DNA of 64,000 nucleotides from a virus (Duplodnaviria; Heunggongvirae; Uroviricota; Caudoviricetes): IMG/VR virus record IMGVR_UViG_2576861193_000002; one strand, 5' to 3'. Shown piece by piece: positions 57,697 to 64,000 of this stretch (position 1 is its first letter; each line of letters starts with the position of its first letter). The notes under the pieces were generated by a model. It saw only the letters and a program-made list of their open reading frames with translations, ran no database searches and was not told where the DNA came from. The position numbers and the translations under genes were made by a program.

Positions 57697-59112
57697 ATGG
57701 TAACTGAGCAAATAAACTCACTACGGCAGGAACGTGAAGCGTCAGTTATCGGCGGGCTGCTGTTAGGCGGCCTAACTCCTAACGCGCAAGATGTTCTCGC
57801 CACTCTTGATCCTGAAGTGTTCACTATTCCGCTGTATAAGCGGGCTTTTGAAATTATCCGTGCGCAAGCAAGAAATAGGAATCTCATCGATGCATTGCTG
57901 GTAGGTGATGAGATTGGTAATGAAAATTTCGTACCGCTAATGCAAACGGCGAGATCGTGCCCGTCTGCTGCCAACCTGAAGGGATACGCACAGCTACTAC
58001 GTGAAGAGCACCAGCGGCGGCAGATGTTAGAACTCATCGACGATATGCGCTACAAACTGGAGACTGGGACTCTTGAGGTCGTAAAAGAGACGATGAAAGA
58101 TTTTGATTCCCGGTATTCAAAATTAAAGGTAACGAAAGACAAGATTATCCCTGTTCTGTTGCGCGATGCTGTCCAGGAGTACACAGAAGTTTTAAGCAAA
58201 CGCATGGAATGCGGTGTTAACTCTGACAACATCAAAACAGGGATAGAACCACTCGACGAAATGTTAGGCGGCATTAACGCTACTGATTTGGTGCTTCTCG
58301 CCGGACGCCCCGGGTCTGGTAAATCTGCGTTGGCGCTGGCAATTGCCCGCGCTGCTGCTGAACGCCCTTACCCTGGCAGCAAGGATCAGCGGGTTGGCGT
58401 TTTGTTCTTCACGCTTGAAATGTCACTCGATCAGATGACTGAGCGCGCCATTGCTGGCGCTGGTAATTTATCAACTGACTGCCTGCGCAATCCTGTAAAA
58501 CTTGATGATGAAGGGTGGGCGCATGTCGGCCAGGGTATGAGCGCGCTTGCTAACCTTGATGTGTGGATCGTTGACGCGTCGCAGTTAACGGTTGAGGAAA
58601 TACGCGCAACAACGGAACGCATGAAGCAGGATCACCCGAACCTGGGTATGGTAATGATTGACTATATCGGGTTAATGAAGCTGGCTAAGGCCGAACGTCA
58701 TGATCTCGCCGTAGGGCAATTGTCGTGGTCGTTAAAGATGATGGCTAAAGAATTGCGTGTACCAGTGTTGGCGCTGGCGCAATTGTCCCGCCGCGTTGAG
58801 GAACGACCGAACAAGCGCCCTAATAATTCTGATCTTCGTGATTCTGGCAACCTTGAGCAAGATGCCGACAGGATAATCATGGTTTACCGAGATGGATATT
58901 ACGATGAACAGTCTGTTGCCCGCGAATATATGGAAATCATTGTGTCAAAAAACCGTCATGGTAAGTCTGGAACTGTTTACCAGCGGTTTGATGATAACGG
59001 CAACATCTTACCATGCGACCAGGCACGCGCTGCTGCGGCGTGTATTCAGTCAATGAATCATCGCACAAGCCGTTTTAACCAACGAAACAATCAAAATAAC
59101 ACATCTTTTTAA
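57697..59112 (+). CDS. replicative DNA helicase (DnaB family)
   Basis: 471 aa; Walker A GRPGSGKS, Walker B MVMIDYIG, arginine-finger region. Confidence 0.85.
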   Translation: MVTEQINSLRQEREASVIGGLLLGGLTPNAQDVLATLDPEVFTIPLYKRAFEIIRAQARNRNLIDALLVGDEIGNENFVPLMQTARSCPSAANLKGYAQLLREEHQRRQMLELIDDMRYKLETGTLEVVKETMKDFDSRYSKLKVTKDKIIPVLLRDAVQEYTEVLSKRMECGVNSDNIKTGIEPLDEMLGGINATDLVLLAGRPGSGKSALALAIARAAAERPYPGSKDQRVGVLFFTLEMSLDQMTERAIAGAGNLSTDCLRNPVKLDDEGWAHVGQGMSALANLDVWIVDASQLTVEEIRATTERMKQDHPNLGMVMIDYIGLMKLAKAERHDLAVGQLSWSLKMMAKELRVPVLALAQLSRRVEERPNKRPNNSDLRDSGNLEQDADRIIMVYRDGYYDEQSVAREYMEIIVSKNRHGKSGTVYQRFDDNGNILPCDQARAAAACIQSMNHRTSRFNQRNNQNNTSF

Positions 59113-59188
59113 TCAATCTTAGCAAACGGCTTACCGGAAAGTTTACCGCTTTCTGGTGGCTGTTATCGCGTTTAAAACGAGGCTAGAA

Positions 59189-59716
59189 ATGAAAACTTCA
59201 TACCAAAAGCAAATAGTTGATTTTTTAAATGACGCTGTTATCTCTGGTGAGGGGACAATAGTTAAATCTATCCCTGGATCTGAAGTTGAAATAATTAACG
59301 CTTTGAATGCTTTGGTTTCTGAAGGCGTTGTTATTAGAGTAGATCTAAATAGTAAAAGATTATCGTATTGTCTGAAGTCAGTAAGGGAAATGGCTATAAG
59401 AGATATAATACCTTTGTTTTCAAATAATAGCGGTTATTTTTCAGCGGAAGACGTTAAGAAAGAATTGAGTATTAATATAAATCAAGGAAAAGTTGGTAGA
59501 ATATTGCGGATGTTAGGGAGTGAGAATTTTTTAACTGTTAATAAGTTTGATGGTAAATACTTTTTCAGAAACGCGCGTTTTTATGGTTATTCGAATGTTG
59601 TCGCATTTAATTTTAGTCATTTATTAAACGAGTACCGTAAAAATAACGGGTTGCTTCCTGATAAACCAGTGTTTGAGGTTGAAAAACTTAACGGTGAAAC
59701 GGGGTTGGAATTATGA
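59189..59716 (+). CDS. hypothetical protein (AT-rich cassette)
   Basis: Internal start of ORF 59156..59716; ~35% GC. Confidence 0.4.
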   Translation: MKTSYQKQIVDFLNDAVISGEGTIVKSIPGSEVEIINALNALVSEGVVIRVDLNSKRLSYCLKSVREMAIRDIIPLFSNNSGYFSAEDVKKELSININQGKVGRILRMLGSENFLTVNKFDGKYFFRNARFYGYSNVVAFNFSHLLNEYRKNNGLLPDKPVFEVEKLNGETGLEL

Positions 59717-59919
59717 GACGTGTAATTTTTTATTCTGTTGAAACATTCATTGATGAGTATCACTTTAGATTTCAATGCAATTCTTGCGGCACGATGGTTT
59801 ATACGCCACCACTAATGCGCAAGTATAAGCACGTAAGGTTTAACCGGGCTTTTGTGCCGATTCGTTACGCTTTGCGGGCGTTGCGCGGTGAATTACGAAA
59901 CACAATGCGGATTGTGTAA
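59713..59919 (+). CDS. hypothetical small protein
   Basis: 68 aa; CNSCG; start overlaps upstream stop. Confidence 0.35.
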   Translation: MRRVIFYSVETFIDEYHFRFQCNSCGTMVYTPPLMRKYKHVRFNRAFVPIRYALRALRGELRNTMRIV

Positions 59920-59928
59920 GGGGCGACC

Positions 59929-60141
59929 ATGAATAGGGAATTAGATTTGACCGTGGAAGACTTAAGCACAATTGCGGAATACATGCGCGGCGACGATCCT
60001 GATCGCCCTGTTGTTATTGATATGAAAAACTTAAAAACGATTATATGTCTAGCTCAAGGCTTATTTCTCTGTGGGCGATCATGTATGCGCGGTCGCAGTG
60101 GAAAAATAGCAACGGTGTATTATGAGGCAGATAAGATTTGA
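59929..60141 (+). CDS. hypothetical small protein
   Basis: 70 aa ORF. Confidence 0.35.
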   Translation: MNRELDLTVEDLSTIAEYMRGDDPDRPVVIDMKNLKTIICLAQGLFLCGRSCMRGRSGKIATVYYEADKI

Positions 60142-60553
60142 GATAGTCAATGACGCCGTAAAAGAAAACGCTATCAGGCAGATAAGGGAGATCCAGCCTG
60201 ATAGCAAAAGCCCGCTGATAATTACCATCCAGGAGAAAACCCGCTCACTGAGTCAAAACGCGTTGCTTTGGGCACTATTGACCGACATTAGCGATCAGGT
60301 TAATTGGTACGGTAAAAAGCTATCGCCTGAAGACTGGAAGGCGGTATTCACTGCCGGGCTTAAGAAATATGGCGTTGTCCCTAATCTTGATAAATCAGGC
60401 TTTGTTGTGCTGGGAACGTCAACCAGCCGGATGAGTAAAGCAGAATTTAGCGAACTAATCGAACTGATCTACTCGTTCGGTGCTGAACATGGCGTTCAGT
60501 GGTCTGGCGATACGAAATTAAACGAGGAATTTATAAAACGCTGGGGGCAATAA
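60122..60553 (+). CDS. ninB: NinB recombination protein
   Basis: 143 aa; ...QNALLWALLTDISDQVNWYGKKL...VVPNLDKSGFVVLGTSTSRM resembles lambda NinB as recalled. Confidence 0.75.
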   Translation: MRQIRFEIVNDAVKENAIRQIREIQPDSKSPLIITIQEKTRSLSQNALLWALLTDISDQVNWYGKKLSPEDWKAVFTAGLKKYGVVPNLDKSGFVVLGTSTSRMSKAEFSELIELIYSFGAEHGVQWSGDTKLNEEFIKRWGQ

Positions 60554-60729
60554 TGGCTAGTTATTACATGGCTAAACCTACAGGCATTTTGTATAAGGTT
60601 GATGGCGAATACGTTTATTACTTTCACAACCAGGCGCGTGATTGGCGATTATGTCACGCTCACTTTCAGCACGAAATAGAAAATCACCCTGAATATTTTA
60701 TCAAAGTTGACAATGTAGCTGTGGCGTAA
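60553..60729 (+). CDS. hypothetical small protein
   Basis: 58 aa; ATG overlaps ninB stop. Confidence 0.35.
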   Translation: MASYYMAKPTGILYKVDGEYVYYFHNQARDWRLCHAHFQHEIENHPEYFIKVDNVAVA

Positions 60730-60743
60730 TTGAGGATAAGCAA

Positions 60744-61400
60744 ATGAATAAACTTAAAGCAATTGGCGTGATTAGTCATCGCGCTAACCCTGAGTGTTAC
60801 CCATCGTTTGAGGTGGCAACATGCCGCACAGAATATAATTTCGGAACATACTATTTATTAGGTATCCGTGCTGACAATGGCAGCACTTATTCGGCTATGG
60901 CTTCAGGCTGGAAATTTGAAAAATACGATGATTTATCGAATAAGGATGATGACGGCATGAATAAAGAAAGTGAAATCATTGATGAATTAATCGAAGATGA
61001 GCGGCATGATTGCGATAAGCAGAAAGTCGAGGAGTGGCAGCCAGGAGAAAGACCGCCGTTAAATGTATGGCTCGAATTTTACCCAGGGGAATTTGCCCCT
61101 ATGTACTGCGTAGCTAAATATATTTTTACTGGCGATGAGTTAGGGATCTTTGTTAGAAAGGATGGTAAACACGAAGAAACAGCCAGATGGAATGGGTTTA
61201 AATATCGCAGATGGATAGATCCAAAAGAAAAAGCACTGTCACAAATTGCGTTTGCGCTGGCTACTAAGGTGATTGGTGAAGACGCGGCAAAAGAGATTGA
61301 CTTTAACCATGACAATGATTTTTCGTGCGATTATCGCAACATGGCGCAAGCAATTATTGATGGATGTATCGTACACGTTGAATACACGGGGGAAAGATAA
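60744..61400 (+). CDS. hypothetical acidic protein
   Basis: 218 aa ORF. Confidence 0.45.
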   Translation: MNKLKAIGVISHRANPECYPSFEVATCRTEYNFGTYYLLGIRADNGSTYSAMASGWKFEKYDDLSNKDDDGMNKESEIIDELIEDERHDCDKQKVEEWQPGERPPLNVWLEFYPGEFAPMYCVAKYIFTGDELGIFVRKDGKHEETARWNGFKYRRWIDPKEKALSQIAFALATKVIGEDAAKEIDFNHDNDFSCDYRNMAQAIIDGCIVHVEYTGER

Positions 61401-61630
61401 TGGATAAGACGGCAACAATTCTTCTTAGTCGCCCTGCCATCTGCCGTATGCTGGGAGGAATTAGCAGGGGAACGTTTTATTCATGGCGTAAGAAATGGGA
61501 GAAGAACGGAACCCCGTTCCCCGACCCCGTTGATGTGCTGGGAACAGGGCGGGGCGTCATGTATCGCTATCAGGATGTAATGCGGTTCTTTGATGAGATT
61601 GGTTTGACGTCAGCCAAAGATAATACATAA
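61400..61630 (+). CDS. excisionase / AlpA-family DNA-binding protein
   Basis: 76 aa; ILLSRPAICRMLGGISRGTFYSWRKK HTH; adjacent to integrase. Confidence 0.6.
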   Translation: MDKTATILLSRPAICRMLGGISRGTFYSWRKKWEKNGTPFPDPVDVLGTGRGVMYRYQDVMRFFDEIGLTSAKDNT

Positions 61631-62784
61631 TCCGCAAACTTATTTAGCGCCTCCTTTTGTTCATCAAGATAATCATATTTGTCGTACACCGCCAGAATTC
61701 CCCTTAGTGAGTGGCCTAAAATCTTTTCCGCGATATGTACCGGAACACCTATGGCTGACAGGTGAGTCCTGCACGTCCGGCGGAGGTCGTGACAGGACCA
61801 CGACTTACCGCCCATTCTTTTACGCACGAAGATTGCAGCTACTTTTATCACTGATGCGTTTACTGGCCTGTTACCGCCGTTAATCACTGGCGGGAACACA
61901 TAATCATACTCATGGGAGGCTAATACCTCCCTGAGCATTTCTATTGACAGATCAGATAATCCACGCCTGATTTCACTCCTTGTCTTCGCCACCGCTGCCG
62001 GAACGGTCCACACACCGTTATCCAGGTCGAGGTGTTCCCTCCGCATTTTCTGCAATTCTCCCACCCTGCACCCGGTGAGCAACAATAGCTTTAATGCTAT
62101 CTTGTTCTGACGGTAGATCTGCGAATCATCCACCGTTCGCCAGAAATGGCCTATTTCATCGCATGATAAATAACGTTCGCCAACCGCATAATTTTCGCCA
62201 ACGTCAATAACCCTGATGTTGTTTATCGCCGTACTGGTCATTAGCCCGCGCCGGATAGCACTGTTCACAACAATCTTCATTCGCTTAAGTATTAGGCCAG
62301 CCGTAACCGCGTGGCCTGCCGCAGTGATCTCGCCGAATATATCCATCCATTGTTTCGTACTGACATCATCGGCAATATACTCACCGAATTTATCGACAAC
62401 ATGACGCTTAAGTGCGCTCCTGACGTCATTATATGCAACCAGCTTAATAACGTTCGGCAGGGATAAATAGTCGCTCACAATGGCGCTTATCGTTAATTTG
62501 CCACGCTCAATACTTATCGCTTGCTTTACTGAAACAGTTGGGTTCTTCCCCTTCGCTAATAGTTCTTTGTATTCCGCCACCGCGTAGCGTGCATCTTTTA
62601 ACGTCATGCTGCCGTAGTCGCCGATCTTCATCCTTACAGGTTTACCGTTGAACCTGTACCTGAACTGGAAAATAATTTTCCCCTTCGGGCTTATCCTGGC
62701 AGACAAGCCGTCGCGATCTGCTATCTCGTTCGGGCCGTCATATGGCTTGTTTGCTATTGCGCGTAATTTCGTATCCGTCAGCAT
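61570..62784 (-). CDS. tyrosine integrase (P4-type, N-terminal arm-binding domain)
   Basis: 404 aa; catalytic R (TGCRVGEL), HDLRRT, LGHS, Y (YDKYDY). Confidence 0.9.
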   Translation of the reverse strand: MLTDTKLRAIANKPYDGPNEIADRDGLSARISPKGKIIFQFRYRFNGKPVRMKIGDYGSMTLKDARYAVAEYKELLAKGKNPTVSVKQAISIERGKLTISAIVSDYLSLPNVIKLVAYNDVRSALKRHVVDKFGEYIADDVSTKQWMDIFGEITAAGHAVTAGLILKRMKIVVNSAIRRGLMTSTAINNIRVIDVGENYAVGERYLSCDEIGHFWRTVDDSQIYRQNKIALKLLLLTGCRVGELQKMRREHLDLDNGVWTVPAAVAKTRSEIRRGLSDLSIEMLREVLASHEYDYVFPPVINGGNRPVNASVIKVAAIFVRKRMGGKSWSCHDLRRTCRTHLSAIGVPVHIAEKILGHSLRGILAVYDKYDYLDEQKEALNKFADYVLSLADVKPISSKNRITS

Positions 62785-62797
62785 TCTGACACCTCTT

Positions 62798-62820
62798 TTT
62801 GGTCACGATTTGGTACACAA
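62798..62820. repeat. 23-bp direct repeat TTTGGTCACGATTTGGTACACAA (copy 2)
   Basis: 22/23 identical to 7210-7232; 14 bp upstream of int start. Confidence 0.45.
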
Positions 62821-62960
62821 TTTTATCTGAACGGATATTAACATCATCGAACGGATTAAAACACATCTGCGGAAGATTGATGTATAACTTAGTGAATTTA
62901 AATGATATTTTCTATCATCCATTAACAAGTATGAACGCAACTAAACACTACGAATCGTTA

Positions 62961-62969
62961 CTGTCTGGA
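62961..62969. repeat. right junction repeat (candidate att core) CTGTCTGGA
   Basis: Identical to 7132-7140; host dgcM frame resumes here. Confidence 0.5.
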
Positions 62970-63947
62970 TCGTTTCGCCCTTTGAGGAACAGTTAATTTA
63001 TGCCAATAGCGCGGCGAAACTGTTGATGCAAGACCTCACGTTTAGTCAGCTACGAACCGGACCCTATTCCGTCTCCTCACAAAAAGAACTGCCGAAATAC
63101 CTCTCCGATCTGCAAAACCAACACGATATTATCGAAATCCTCACTGTTCAGCGTAAAGAAGAGGAAACAGCATTGAGCTGTCGGCTTGTTTTGCGAAAGC
63201 TGACAGAAACAGAACCGGTGATTATTTTCGAAGGTATCGAAGCGCCGGCAACGCTGGGTTTAAAAGCCAGTCGCTCGGCAAATTATCAGCGCAAAAAACA
63301 AGGTTTTTATGCGCGCTTTTTTCTGACTAACTCTGCACCAATGTTGTTGATTGACCCGTCACGAGATGGACAAATCGTCGATGCTAACCTCGCCGCGCTC
63401 AATTTCTATGGTTATAACCATGAAACGATGTGCCAGAAACATACCTGGGAAATAAATATGCTCGGGCGTCGCGTCATGCCTATCATGCATGAAATCTCGC
63501 ATTTACCCGGTGGTCATAAACCTTTGAATTTTGTTCATAAACTGGCGGATGGTTCGACTCGTCATGTGCAGACCTATGCCGGACCGATTGAAATTTATGG
63601 CGACAAGCTCATGTTATGTATTGTGCATGATATTACTGAGCAAAAACGGCTGGAGGAGCAGCTGGAACATGCTGCTCACCATGACGCGATGACCGGATTA
63701 CTGAATCGGCGACAGTTTTATCACATTACGGAACCAGGCCAAATGCAGCATCTCGCCATCGCTCAGGATTACAGCTTGTTGCTCATCGACACCGATCGTT
63801 TTAAACACATTAACGATCTCTATGGGCATTCTAAAGGTGATGAGGTGTTATGCGCCCTCGCCCGCACCCTCGAAAGTTGCGCTCGCAAAGGCGATTTGGT
63901 GTTTCGTTGGGGAGGCGAAGAGTTTGTCTTATTGCTACCAAGAACCC
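62966..63947 (+). pseudogene. dgcM: diguanylate cyclase dgcM (ydaM), codons ~17-308; split from 5' end by prophage, 3' end cut by IS1
   Basis: Frame WIVSPFEEQLIYANSAAKLLMQDL... continues left fragment; GGDEF motif RWGGEEFVLLLPRT immediately before IS1 end. Confidence 0.8.
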
Positions 63948-64000
63948 GGTGATGCTGCCAACTTACTGATTTAGTGTATGATGGTGTTTTTGAGGTGCTC
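63948..64000. mobile_element. IS1 terminal inverted repeat (element continues beyond window)
   Basis: GGTGATGCTGCCAACTTACTGATTTAGTGTATGATGGTGTTTTTGAGGTGCTC matches the canonical IS1 end as recalled. Confidence 0.85.

Larger units (their letters stand above)
7132..62969. mobile_element. ~55.8 kb mosaic lambdoid prophage inserted within dgcM
   Basis: Integrase at right end, complete head/tail/lysis/regulatory modules, junction repeats, interrupted host gene. Confidence 0.88.

Overview
E. coli chromosomal window carrying two prophages either side of a short host segment. (1) Positions 1-2884 are the integrase-proximal end of Rac (recE 3' end, recT, ralR, ydaC, xisR, intR), followed by host genes ttcA, a REP element, dbpA and zntB. 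(2) The diguanylate cyclase gene dgcM starts at 7089 but is split after codon 17 by a ~55.8 kb mosaic lambdoid prophage (about 7132-62969) with 9-bp CTGTCTGGA junction repeats; the rest of dgcM resumes at 62966 and is cut again by an IS1 end at 63948. The prophage looks intact: on the minus strand a cI-like repressor, N-like antiterminator with a candidate nut site, erf/ssb, a nin-like region (Dam-type and C5-type methyltransferase-like genes, ninF, ninG, rusA), Q, a SAR-endolysin lysis cassette, terminase, lambda-like head and tail genes, and an unusually long J protein. On the plus strand sit an O-like initiator with in-gene iterons, a DnaB-type helicase, ninB, xis, with a P4-type integrase at the right end. 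Accessory content is dense: three free-standing HNH-AP2 endonucleases plus a degenerate fused copy, promoter/terminator-bounded moron cassettes inside the tail operon (one encoding a triple zinc-ribbon + T5orf172-like protein), a Cys-rich lipoprotein facing the tail-fibre gene, four tandem single-helix micro-ORFs, a nine-gene island between Q and the holin, and a 12-bp motif recurring at regulatory regions. All calls are from reading the sequence and remembered family motifs; no searches were run. At one locus (about 24121-24181) the ORF-track translation did not match my base-by-base reading, so hand-derived coordinates for small features may be off by a base or two.
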